DNA from: Bacillota bacterium
GTDB taxonomy: Bacteria > Bacillota > Ch66 > Ch109
Direction: 5' to 3'
Length of the DNA stretch: 64,000 nt
Assembly: GCA_050952625.1 (NCBI GenBank)
Contig: JBMNLH010000001.1
Span: forward strand, 416,001 to 480,000
Position numbers and translations under genes: made by a program. The notes under the pieces are model-generated. The model had not been told where the DNA came from, made no database searches, and saw only the letters and a list, made by a program, of their open reading frames with translations. Of the stretch, positions 22,055 through 33,638 are shown one piece after another. Position 1 is the first letter of the stretch. Every line of letters begins with the position of its first letter.

Positions 22055-22549
22055 CTAATTAACTGCAAGTTTTAGCGTTTTGCCCTGGCACATCAGCAAG
22101 GGTTGTAGGTTCTGTTCGGCAACGTCTGCTGCTACCACTTCGCCAACAAAAAGAGTATGATCCCCAACCAAGTGCCGATCAACTACCTTACATTCGAGGT
22201 TGGCCAGGCAATCCGCAAGGCGGGGAACCCCAATTACTGAAGCCGGAACAGTTTTTAGTCTTAGATGAGCTATTTTATCTATATCACGTCCAGAGCGGAA
22301 ACCGCAAAAGGATGAGATGTCCTTTTGCTCCGAGGTAAGAATGCTAAGCATAAACTCGCCGGAGTGAACAATCATGTCATGGGTATAGCGGGTTGGTGAA
22401 ATTGAGGCAACTACTAGGAGTGGATCGACAGATACCTGGGTCACCCAGGCAATGGTCATAACATTATGTTTTCCTCTGTGTTTAGCACCGATTAGACAAA
22501 TCGGCCAAACTAGGCGGTGTATCGCCGCAACTGTTGATTCTTTTCTCAT
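22055..22549 (-). CDS. Flavin reductase-like FMN-binding protein
   Basis: NVMTIAW..QVS.DP, CGFRSGRD.DK, LECKV, GDHTLFVGEV. Confidence 0.9.
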   Translation of the reverse strand: MRKESTVAAIHRLVWPICLIGAKHRGKHNVMTIAWVTQVSVDPLLVVASISPTRYTHDMIVHSGEFMLSILTSEQKDISSFCGFRSGRDIDKIAHLRLKTVPASVIGVPRLADCLANLECKVVDRHLVGDHTLFVGEVVAADVAEQNLQPLLMCQGKTLKLAVN

Positions 22550-22675
22550 ATTAACTCACCCCCCATATAATATTTGCGAAAAAGTATTCGTTATTCGTCT
22601 CAAGATTCCTCCTGCCGTTGAGATTAATTTCATAAAATTAGAGCACTTTTGTTGTCGAATTTCTGCAAAATGATG

Positions 22676-22830
22676 TTGACACAGGATTAATGCCTGTGCT
22701 ACAATAGCAACTGTCGCGAGCGGGAACCAGGAAAGAATAACCTGAATTACCGACAGCGATCACGTGTAAAAACGAAGTAAAAACTGGCAACAAAAGGTTG
22801 TTGACAGTAGGAGTAGCCCCCTGATAAAAT
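22676..22830 (+). promoter_or_regulatory. Tandem rrn promoters P1/P2
   Basis: TTGACA-18-TACAAT (22676-22705) and TTGACA-18-TAAAAT (22801-22830). Confidence 0.75.
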
Positions 22831-23027
22831 AAAATTCCGCCAAGGGCAAAAAGCAAAAGCGAACGCCTGAAGCGAAAGACTGATCCCTGAAAACTGAACA
22901 GTTGTCAAAATGTGCGAAGCCTGATGCAAAAGTCAAGGACCTCGATCAACGAGAGTTTCAAGACAAAGCAAGGCTAGCGACAAGCTAGCGAGAAAGAAAA
23001 TAAGAGCAAGATAAGCTCTTCGATATT

Positions 23028-24715
<1,688 letters not shown>

Positions 24716-24811
24716 AGTAACATCCGCAAGGATGCGAAACTAGGTCGGTCATCAGACTTCGCAACAACTGTTTAGTTTTGAGGGACCAGTAAACTGGAAA
24801 CTCAAAGAAGG

Positions 24812-24904
24812 GTGAACTTGTTCAGCTTTGCTGAACATTGAGGCTTCAGCTAGAGACTCTACTCACCTGAAGTTTAAACAAGATAACCCTTTGATCCAGA
24901 TAAA
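24812..24904 (-). mobile_element. IS200/IS605-like MITE copy B inside the 16S-23S ITS (left hairpin deleted)
   Basis: Minus strand TTTAT|CTGGATCAAAGGGTTATCTTG...GCTGAACAAGTTCAC. Confidence 0.7.
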
Positions 24905-25986
24905 AAGCCAAGGCTTCTAACCAAAGAAGCCGCGGTAAAAAGACTTCCCATAAATTTGGCCAAACCCAAAAGAACCAGGCCAAACCAGATGGAAGTCAAA
25001 CTCGACTAACTAAGCGCAAACCGAAAGCTAGTCGAAACTGAACCCTGAAAACTGCACAGCGAATATAAAAAAAGTTCTGTCAAGCGCAAGCCAAAGGATA
25101 AACCGAAACAAACCTTAAGGTAGAAAGACTAAGGTCAAGCTACTAAGGGCGTACGGAGGATGCCTAGGCGCTAAGAGACGAAGAAGGACGCGGTAAGCTG
25201 CGAAAAGCCTCGGGGAGCCGCAAGCAGGCCTTGATCCGGGGATCTCCGAATGGGGCAACCCAACTGGAGTAATGTCCAGTTACGGCTAACTGAATCCATA
25301 GGTTAGTCGAGACAACCAGGGGAACTGAAACATCTTAGTACCCTGAGGAAAAGAAAACAACAGTGATTCCCCAAGTAGCGGCGAGCGAACCGGGAAGAGC
25401 CCAAACCTCAAGAGTGTCAAAGCCTGCCGGCGTTGCTTTTGAGGGGTAGCGGGACCATCCTGGGCAGCGGCAGCAGCCCAAAGGAGTAAGAAACCATAAT
25501 TCTAGGTGAAGCGGACTGGAAAGCCCCGCCACAGAGAGTAACAGCCTCGTAACCGAAAGGATTATGGCTCCTGGATGGGATCCCAAGTACTGCGGGACAC
25601 GTGGAACCCCGTGGGAATCAGGGAGGACCACCTCCTAAGGCTAAATACTCCTTAGCGACCGATAGTGAACCAGTACCGTGAGGGAAAGGTGAAAAGCACC
25701 CCGGGAGGGGAGTGAAAAAGAACCTGAAACCGTATGCCTACAACCAGTCGGAGCTTTTTCGAAAGAAAGAGTGACGGCGTACTTTTTGTAGAACGGACCG
25801 GCGAGTTACAGTAACTAGCAAGGTTAAGGAAACGGAGCCGAAGCGAAAGCAAGTCTTAAGAGGGCGCAAGTTAGTTGCTGTAGACCCGAAACCGGGTGAT
25901 CTACCCATGACCAGAGTGAAGCGATGGTAAGACATCGTGGAGGCTCGAACCAACCGTTGTTGAAACAGCGGTGGATGAGTTGTGGG

Positions 25987-26028
<42 letters not shown>

Positions 26029-26292
26029 CCCGAAATAGCTTTAGGGCTAGCCTCAAGGCATAATTGATGGGGGTAGAGCACTGAATAGGCTAGGGGCCTT
26101 ACCCGGTTACCGAACCTTCTCAAACTCCGAATACCATCAATCGGACCTTGGGAGTCAGACTGCGAGTGATAAGATCCGTAGTCGAGAGGGAAACAGCCCA
26201 GACCGTCGATTAAGGTCCCCAAGTGTGGACTAAGTGGAAAAGGATGTGGGGTTGCCCAGACAACCAGGATGTTGGCTTAGAAGCAGCCATCA

Positions 26293-26328
<36 letters not shown>

Positions 26329-26375
26329 CCTGCGCCGAAAATTCCCGGGGCTCAAGTCCGCCACCGAAATCACGG

Positions 26376-26582
26376 ATTTTGGTGGTTGGCGGTTAGTGGT
26401 TAGTGGTTGGGAGGAAAGGAAATGGCTGGATATCGGACATTGGAAGTGTATCAAAAGGCATATAAACTGTCTTTAGAAATACACCGTGTCACCCAAACAT
26501 TTCCTGAATTTGAAAGGTATGAATTAGGAAGCATGGTCAAACAAATCCCAACGACCAATTACTAACGACCAACCACCAAAAT
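26376..26582 (+). other. 23S helix-45 intervening sequence
   Basis: Lies between CACCGAAATCACGG and GGTAGGGGAGCGTTC; arms ATTTTGGTGGTTGG... / ...CCAACCACCAAAAT. Confidence 0.9.
26422..26565 (+). pseudogene. Truncated four-helix-bundle 23S rRNA IVS protein (PF05635/TIGR02436-like), 47 aa
   Basis: SD GGAGGAAAGGA; MAGYRTLEVYQKAYKLSLEIHRVTQTFPEFERYELGSMVKQIPTTNY matches the family N-terminal pattern Y.DL.V.QKA..L...IY..T..FP..E.Y.L.S. Confidence 0.8.
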
Positions 26583-27044
26583 GGTAGGGGAGCGTTCCCA
26601 CAGCGTGGAAGTCATCCTGGAAGGGATGGTGGAGCGGTGGGAAGAGATAATGCCGGTATGAGTAAGCGAAAAGGCAGGTGAGAATCCTGCCCGCCGAAAG
26701 CCTAAGGTTTCCTGGGGAAGGCTCGTCCGCCCAGGGTAAGTCGGGACCTAAGCTGAGGCCGAAAGGCGTAGGCGATGGACAACCGGTGGAAATTCCGGTA
26801 CCACCCCAAGCCGCTCGAGCGAAGGGGGGACGCAGGAGGGTAGGCGAAGCGTACCGTTGGTCGAGTACGCGCAAGCTGGTAGGGGGTAAGATAGGCAAAT
26901 CCGTCTTACGTGAACCCTGAGAGGTGACGCCGAGGGAAAACTAAGTACCGAAGTCGCTGAACCCAAACTGCCAAGAAAAGCCTCTAGCAAGGCAAAAGGG
27001 TGCCCGTACCGCAAACCGACACAGGTAGGCGAGGAGAGAATCCT

Positions 27045-27076
<32 letters not shown>

Positions 27077-27272
27077 CGGCAAAATGACCCCGTAACTTCG
27101 GGAGAAGGGGTACCCCGTGTAGCGTGACTATGTGCACATATAGAAGCGTGAGGGGGTCGCAGTGAAGAGGCCCAGGCGACTGTTTACCAAAAACACAGGT
27201 CCCTGCCAAAGCGAAAGCTGAAGTATAGGGGCTGACGCCTGCCCGGTGCTGGAAGGTTAAGGGGAGGGGTTA

Positions 27273-27579
27273 TCCAGCACTCAACCTTGTATATCAATAG
27301 AGGAAAATAAATGCATTACGTTTATGTGCTTAAGAGTGGAGATAAGCTCTATATAGGAAGAACAAGCGACCTAAAAACCAGGATAAAGTCACATAACGAA
27401 GGTATAAACCGCTCAACAAAAGGGCATCAGTGGGAACTGATATATTATGAAGCATATAAATCCCTGAAAGATGCCATAAAGAGAGAAAATCAGCTAAAAA
27501 AACATGGCAATGCCAAGCGATGGCTGAAAGAGCGGATTATACACAGCCTCAAAGGTGATATATAGGGTTGAGTGCTGGA
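27273..27579 (+). other. 23S helix-68 intervening sequence (24-bp terminal stem)
   Basis: TCCAGCACTCAACCTTGTATATCA (27273-27296) pairs with TGATATATAGGGTTGAGTGCTGGA (27556-27579), replacing the normal short apical hairpin. Confidence 0.9.
27311..27565 (+). CDS. GIY-YIG nuclease (stand-alone catalytic domain, UPF0213/SLX1-like) encoded within the 23S IVS
   Basis: YVYVL, LYIGRT, RIKSH, YYEAY, AIKRENQLK; SD AGAGGA; AT-rich relative to rRNA. Confidence 0.9.
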   Translation: MHYVYVLKSGDKLYIGRTSDLKTRIKSHNEGINRSTKGHQWELIYYEAYKSLKDAIKRENQLKKHGNAKRWLKERIIHSLKGDI

Positions 27580-27601
27580 GAAGCTCTGAACCGAAGCCCC
27601 A

Positions 27602-27686
<85 letters not shown>

Positions 27687-27933
27687 TCTGGGCACTGTCT
27701 CAACGAGGGGCTCGGTGAAATTGTACTACCGGTAAAGATGCCGGTTACCTGCGACAGGACAGAAAGACCCCGTGGAGCTTTACTGCAACCTGATATTGGA
27801 TTTTGGTAGGCAATGTACAGGATAGGTGGGAGGCAGAGAAGCAAGTCCGCCAGGATTTGTGGAGCCAACGGTGGGATACCACTCTTTGTGTACTGAAGTT
27901 CTAACTCGGCCCTGTAAACCAGGGTGAGGACAT

Positions 27934-27969
<36 letters not shown>

Positions 27970-28125
27970 CAAAGCGTAACGGAGGCGCCCAAAGGTTCCC
28001 TCAGAATGGTTGGAAATCATTCGGAGAGTGTAAAGGCAGAAGGGAGCTTGACTGCGAGAGAGACATCTCGAGCAGGGACGAAAGTCGGGCTTAGTGATCC
28101 GGTGGTTCCGAGTGGAAGGGCCATC

Positions 28126-28162
<37 letters not shown>

Positions 28163-28191
28163 TATCTCGCCCAAGAGTTCATATCGACGGC

Positions 28192-28275
<84 letters not shown>

Positions 28276-28280
28276 TACGT

Positions 28281-28323
<43 letters not shown>

Positions 28324-28348
28324 TCGCAGGCGCAGGAAACTTGAGAGG

Positions 28349-28386
<38 letters not shown>

Positions 28387-28438
28387 GCTGGTGTATCAGT
28401 TGTTCCGCCAGGGGCAACGCTGAGTAGCTATGTTCGGG

Positions 28439-28470
<32 letters not shown>

Positions 28471-28749
28471 ACCGGCCTCAAGATGAGGTTTCCCATGGAG
28501 TCAATCCAGTAAGACCCCAGCAAGACTAGCTGGTAGATAGGCCAGGAGTGTAAGAACAGCAATGTTTTCAGCTGACTGGTACTAATCGGTCGAGGGCTTG
28601 ACCTAATTTTCTAACAGTAAGGCGTGAGGTTGACGCTAAGCTATTCCCTGAAGTCTTGGGAGCTAAGGATTGACAGACTCAAAATATTCGCTGTGAAGTT
28701 TTGAAGGTTCAATCTAAAATCCAATATCTAAAATCTAAGAATTAGATTT

Positions 28750-28865
28750 TCTGGTGACGATAGCGGAGGGGAAACACCCGTTCCCATCCCGAACACGGCA
28801 GTTAAGCCCTCCAGCGCCGATGGTACTTGGGTGGAGACGCCCTGGGAGAGTAGGTCGTTGCCAGG
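28750..28865 (+). rRNA. rrf: 5S rRNA
   Basis: CCCATCCCGAACAC, GCCGATGGTACT, GAGAGTAGGTCGTTGCCAGG. Confidence 0.97.
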
Positions 28866-28872
28866 ATATTTT

Positions 28873-28905
28873 AAAGCCTCAGGTTTTTGCCTGGGGCTTT
28901 AGTTT
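28873..28905 (+). terminator. rrn terminator
   Basis: AAAGCCTCAGG-TTTTTG-CCTGGGGCTTT followed by AGTTT. Confidence 0.7.
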
Positions 28906-29091
28906 AATCAGCTTAAATTTATTAATCTACCTTTTGATTCTATTAGCTTAATTAAAGCCCTTTTCTTTTTATTTTGATTTGAATTTTTTATGTGGTATAA
29001 TAACATATATTAGCAATAGCCTGTCTAAGCGACAGGCCTCATTCTTTAAGGTTTGTTGGTATTATACAGTTTTGGATTATAAGGGGTTGAA

Positions 29092-30105
29092 GTGTTGGTT
29101 AGAGTTAATCGAAAACCAAATTTAGAAATAGCGCAACCCAAAACCAACGGTAAAATTCAGAAAAAGAACATTATAAGTGCGGTTAAATGGTTTATTGCAT
29201 TGTTTTCTATCTTTTGTTTATTCTTTATTCATGCAATTAAACAAAACGTCGATAATATACATAATTCACTGAATTCAGTGAGCCAGTATGATATAGCAGA
29301 TTATCCAGAACATCAAATTATAGTAGACGGAAACCTATTTGCCGGTTTAAATAATTCAAACATCAAGGATTTGGCCAAGGTTAGCAAAATGGGACTAACT
29401 ACGGTGCCCGAAATATCTATAATCAACGAAGGAGCAACTATTACCTTAAAGGAAGTATACTACGACAAATCACAAATTGCCCTGGGTCTGGAATTTAAAG
29501 AATTTAGCGATTATAACAGCTTCTATACCGCTTTTTTTCAAAATAATATCGAAATAGTCCCTAAAAGTGCGTTTGGGAAGAATTTTCCGGTTTCCGATAA
29601 CTTACATTACAAAGTGATCCGCTATAGATTCCTTGATAATTTACCAGACAAGTTCGACTTTCACATAATAATTAAAGAACAAGTTGATTTAAAGCGGGAA
29701 TTTGCATTTACGGTCCGCCTGGATCGTACAGCAGCAAATTCTTTAACCAGCGATCTTTTGATCAATAAAACTTATCAAATAGGGGATAACACAGAAGTAT
29801 TTATTAAAAGGCTGTTATTCACTCCGGCCGCTACTTATATCGAGTACGATTTACTAAAGCCAATCCGCCTAATTAATTTTGATAATCTAAATATTGATCT
29901 GAAAATACAGGATAGTCAGGGAAATATAATAGAATTAGCTGGGCTGACGGCTGGAGGTACCTTCAATAATGACCGCCAGGTTGTATCCTATTATGCTTTT
30001 TATAGTCCCTGTGATGAAGTTCCTAGGGAGCTTAAATGTCAATTTTTTAAGCATGGAACTAATAAACCAATGTTTTCCCCGTTCAGTATAGATTTAATCA
30101 GGTAA
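29092..30105 (+). CDS. Membrane-anchored hypothetical protein (DUF4179/DUF5643-like)
   Basis: Single N-terminal TM; 'GATITLKEVYYD' and 'RLLFTPAATYI' beta-rich repeats. Confidence 0.55.
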   Translation: MLVRVNRKPNLEIAQPKTNGKIQKKNIISAVKWFIALFSIFCLFFIHAIKQNVDNIHNSLNSVSQYDIADYPEHQIIVDGNLFAGLNNSNIKDLAKVSKMGLTTVPEISIINEGATITLKEVYYDKSQIALGLEFKEFSDYNSFYTAFFQNNIEIVPKSAFGKNFPVSDNLHYKVIRYRFLDNLPDKFDFHIIIKEQVDLKREFAFTVRLDRTAANSLTSDLLINKTYQIGDNTEVFIKRLLFTPAATYIEYDLLKPIRLINFDNLNIDLKIQDSQGNIIELAGLTAGGTFNNDRQVVSYYAFYSPCDEVPRELKCQFFKHGTNKPMFSPFSIDLIR

Positions 30106-30161
30106 AAAGAGGAAGCAAGAGGACCGTCCCCTTGCTTCCTTATTTTTTATGGCAATTAATT

Positions 30162-31754
30162 TTATAGTCTGCCGGTAGCAATAATCGGTCCGGTCGGCAT
30201 ATCCGTATCTGTTTCCCCTTCCACCGAAATAACGATTGCTTCAAAATCACTTAGTGGTTTAGGGCCACGGTAAGTCCATACTTGGTGAGGCGTTCTGTGC
30301 ATTGCATATCCGGTATACCTGCCTCTGGAAATGAGCCATACTTTATAAGTGTTATATTCCCAGCCAAAACTTGCTGGATCTGGGGCCCGATCAAGGTTAA
30401 CCAGGACAATATTTCCGGCATTATCAAGCAGAACATAGGGCATAGCATCTGGTGCGTTTTCGGTTGTCGCTAGAATCAAGGCCCTATTGTCCCCAGCGGC
30501 TGCGGGAAGGCTCCAGTCAGAAAAGGAATCCGTTAAAGACCCGGATGCCGTAATTTCACAACTTATCCCGGGAATGGCTAGTCTTCGGCCTATAGTCAGG
30601 AAATAAGGGGGGCCAATCTCATTGACCCGCGCAATATCCCGCCAATCAACGCCGTAGATATTTCCAATACTCGAGAGGGTTTGGCCGGCGGTTACTGTAT
30701 GCACGCGGACAGGGATGACAATTTCTTGACCAACATAGATAACATCAGGTGAAGTAATATCCGGATTGGCTCGATAGATTAGTCGAATCGGGATTCCAAA
30801 ATTATTGGCAATCGCCCCTAAAGTGTCCCCGGCTCTGACCGTATAGACCCAACCGCAATCAGCTGGCGGCCGGACGGTCGGTGTGGGTGTCGGGGTTGGC
30901 CTCGGTGGAAAAACTCGACAAGTTATTCCCGGAATCGCTAGTCTCTGACCAATTGTTAAGAAATAGGGGGGCCTAATTCCATTGACCCGCGCAATATCCC
31001 GCCAATCAACTCCGTAGATATTTCCAATAATTGAGAGAGTCTGGCCGGCAGTGACCGTATGCACCGGAACAGGGATGAGTATGTTTTGACCAGGAAAAAT
31101 AACATCAGGTGAAGGAAGATTCGGATTAGCATTAATTATAGCCTGTATCGGTATTTCAAAATTATTAGCAATTAACCCTAAGGTATCCCCACTTCTAACC
31201 GTGTAGACCCAGCCGCATTCACGGGGTGGTCTAGGCGTTGGTCTAGGAGTTGGTCTAGGTGTCGGCCTAGGAGTTGGTCTAGGGGTTGGTCTAGGAGTTG
31301 GTCTAGGGGTTGGTCTAGGTGTCGGCCTTGGAGTTGGTCTAGGCGTCGGAGTCGGTCTAGGCGTCGGCCTAGGTCGTACTTGACAGGTTAACCCGGGTAT
31401 AGCTAATCGTTGCCCGATAGATAAAGTATAAGGTGGTGGAATGTTATTAACTCGGGCAATTGTCCTCCAATCAACACCATAGAGATTTCCAATTGCCGAG
31501 AGGGTTTGCCCCGGGGTAACTGTATGGACCCAGATAGGGAGTACTATCCTTTGATTTACACTAAGTCTGTAGGGTGGAGTAAGTTGGGGATTAGCATCCC
31601 TTATCGCTTGAGCAGAGATACCAAATCTCTCAGCAATTCTAAAAATGTTATCTCCAGCACGCACCGTATAGGTCCATCCACATACTGCACCTACCGGAAT
31701 TCTTTGTTCTATTGTGGCAAAATCATATTCATATGGTGGTTGTTGCTGATTCAC
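30162..31754 (-). CDS. Six-LysM-domain protein with (PRPT)n linker, probable spore-associated protein
   Basis: Three pairs of LysM (YTVRAGD.../HTVTAGQTL...), 12-bp repeat at about 31225-31378; GTG start at 31754 after AAGGGAG; sigma-K-like promoter 31817-31845. Confidence 0.85.
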   Translation of the reverse strand: MNQQQPPYEYDFATIEQRIPVGAVCGWTYTVRAGDNIFRIAERFGISAQAIRDANPQLTPPYRLSVNQRIVLPIWVHTVTPGQTLSAIGNLYGVDWRTIARVNNIPPPYTLSIGQRLAIPGLTCQVRPRPTPRPTPTPRPTPRPTPRPTPRPTPRPTPRPTPRPTPRPTPRPTPRPPRECGWVYTVRSGDTLGLIANNFEIPIQAIINANPNLPSPDVIFPGQNILIPVPVHTVTAGQTLSIIGNIYGVDWRDIARVNGIRPPYFLTIGQRLAIPGITCRVFPPRPTPTPTPTVRPPADCGWVYTVRAGDTLGAIANNFGIPIRLIYRANPDITSPDVIYVGQEIVIPVRVHTVTAGQTLSSIGNIYGVDWRDIARVNEIGPPYFLTIGRRLAIPGISCEITASGSLTDSFSDWSLPAAAGDNRALILATTENAPDAMPYVLLDNAGNIVLVNLDRAPDPASFGWEYNTYKVWLISRGRYTGYAMHRTPHQVWTYRGPKPLSDFEAIVISVEGETDTDMPTGPIIATGRL

Positions 31755-32000
31755 ACTGATCACGCTCCCTTCTATATAAGCTTGCAAAATAGGGGAATAG
31801 ACGTTGCTATTCAATCCATTATATGGAGAGGTTACCTTAAATGTGCTTGTATATGAATAACAGTTAGGTAATTAAATGTTTGGTGTCGAAGGCGATTCAA
31901 TATATAATTATGTTAATAGTCTGTACCCGCTTAATTTTTTGGAAGAATTTTTCAACTTTGAATTAATCAAATCTGTTTAATAAGGAGCGTTTTTATTTCT

Positions 32001-32765
32001 ATGCCAAAAGTATTAATTATGCCTTGTCTGGATATTAAAGAAGGCCGAGTAGTTAAAGGGGTTCGTTTTATTGATCTGATTGATGCTGGCGATCCGGTAG
32101 AGTGTGCTTCAGTGTACTGTCAACATGGAGCTGATGAACTGGCTTTTTTAGATATAACCGCGACTATCGAAAAGAGAAAAACAACCCTGAACGTAGTTGA
32201 GCAGGTCGCCAAGGTGACCAGAGTCCCGTTTACGGTGGGTGGCGGAATTGGCTCGGTATCTGATGCAGAGGCAGTTTTAGCGGCTGGGGCGGATCGCGTC
32301 TCAATTAGTAGTGCTGCTTTTAGGAAGCCGGCCTTGATTGAGGAGGCAGCTAAGCTTTTTGGCAGCCAGCGGGTGGTAGCAGCGATAGATGTTGACCGCA
32401 ACCAAACTTTGCCGTCCGGCTATGAAGTATATATTGATGGCGGTAATACCGCGACCGGGAAAGACGCGATTGAATGGGCGCGGGAGGTGGAGGACCGGGG
32501 AGCCGGGTATATCCTGCCAACAAGCAAGACCCGTGACGGTGCAAAAAATGGCTATGATATACCTTTAATTCAAGGACTTAAAGCCACGGTTAAGGTTCCG
32601 GTCATTGCTTCCGGTGGGGCTGGCAAAATGGAGCACTTCCTGGAGGCAGCTCGGGATGGACGGGCGGATATTCTTTTAGCCGCCTCAGTTTTTCATTTCG
32701 GGGAGATAAAGATAGGGGATTTGAAGCAGTATCTGGCTAGTAACGGAATTAATGTTAGTTTGTAA
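32001..32765 (+). CDS. hisF: Imidazole glycerol phosphate synthase cyclase subunit
   Basis: [49 protein letters not shown]. Confidence 0.92.
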   Translation: MPKVLIMPCLDIKEGRVVKGVRFIDLIDAGDPVECASVYCQHGADELAFLDITATIEKRKTTLNVVEQVAKVTRVPFTVGGGIGSVSDAEAVLAAGADRVSISSAAFRKPALIEEAAKLFGSQRVVAAIDVDRNQTLPSGYEVYIDGGNTATGKDAIEWAREVEDRGAGYILPTSKTRDGAKNGYDIPLIQGLKATVKVPVIASGGAGKMEHFLEAARDGRADILLAASVFHFGEIKIGDLKQYLASNGINVSL

Positions 32766-32802
32766 TATAGCTAATGGTCCCGACGCTATCGGGAGGGATT
32801 AA

Positions 32803-33606
32803 ATGGCCGAACGCATTTTAATCGTTGATGATGAGATTCTTTTACTAAAAAGCTTACAGCGAACCTTTGAACAGGAAGGTTTTACGGTCGAGGTCTCTCA
32901 ATCCGGCGACCAAGCCCTGGCAAGGCTAAAAAGCCAGGGGTTTGACCTGATTATTCTGGATCTAATGCTGCCGGGGGTTGATGGGCTGACGGTTTGCCGA
33001 GAAGTACGTCAGCAATCCGACACGCCCATAATTATGCTGACCGCCAAAGGGGATGACGTGGATAAGATTATTGGCCTGGAACTGGGGGCAGATGATTATT
33101 TAGTCAAGCCTTTCAACACCCGGGAATTATTGGCGCGCGCTCGAGCTGTGTTAAGAAGAACCGGCCGCCGCAGCCAAATAAACTCATTGTCTGACAGCTT
33201 GGTGAACCATGATCTCGACAGCAACCAGACGAGCAACGAGCATAAGGAACAGACTCCAGTTGGCGTTCGGACTAAACAACGGCTAACCAACGAACTACTA
33301 ATCAGAGATTGTGGACGACTGGTCATTGATTTGGCCCGGCGTCAGGTATTTTTTGAGGGTCGGGAGTGTGAAACGCTAACCAGTAAAGAGTTTGACTTGT
33401 TCGTCTTTCTGGCGGCTAATCCAGGCCGGGTCTATACCCGAGAACAGCTCCTGGATCAAGTATGGGGTTACGAGTATATTGGTGAACATCGCACAGTTGA
33501 CGTACACATTCGCCGGTTACGGGATAAGGTTGAGCCTGAATCCGGCAAACCCTACTATATCCGAACCAGGTGGGGAGTTGGTTATTACTTTGGGGTGGAA
33601 GATTAA
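32803..33606 (+). CDS. OmpR/PhoB-family response regulator with extended linker
   Basis: IVDDE, ILDLMLP, MLTAK, GADDYLVKPF; winged helix RTVDVHIRRLR. Confidence 0.95.
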   Translation: MAERILIVDDEILLLKSLQRTFEQEGFTVEVSQSGDQALARLKSQGFDLIILDLMLPGVDGLTVCREVRQQSDTPIIMLTAKGDDVDKIIGLELGADDYLVKPFNTRELLARARAVLRRTGRRSQINSLSDSLVNHDLDSNQTSNEHKEQTPVGVRTKQRLTNELLIRDCGRLVIDLARRQVFFEGRECETLTSKEFDLFVFLAANPGRVYTREQLLDQVWGYEYIGEHRTVDVHIRRLRDKVEPESGKPYYIRTRWGVGYYFGVED

Positions 33607-33638
33607 GCAAACTATGATTAGAGTTGGGTGGGAAATAA

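Noticed and set aside
27113-27157. Slightly long 23S helix-63 region as a further IVS
   Set aside because: Only a short extension in a naturally variable helix; no long stem or cargo.
27273-27579. Group I or group II intron with homing endonuclease
   Set aside because: Apart from the 24-bp arms and SD, the insert is entirely ORF; no P3-P7 core or domain V. The usual intron sites near H69-H71 are uninterrupted.
32001-32765. Isolated hisF as a novel pathway
   Set aside because: Dispersed or duplicate hisF genes are common; nothing in the context supports another function.
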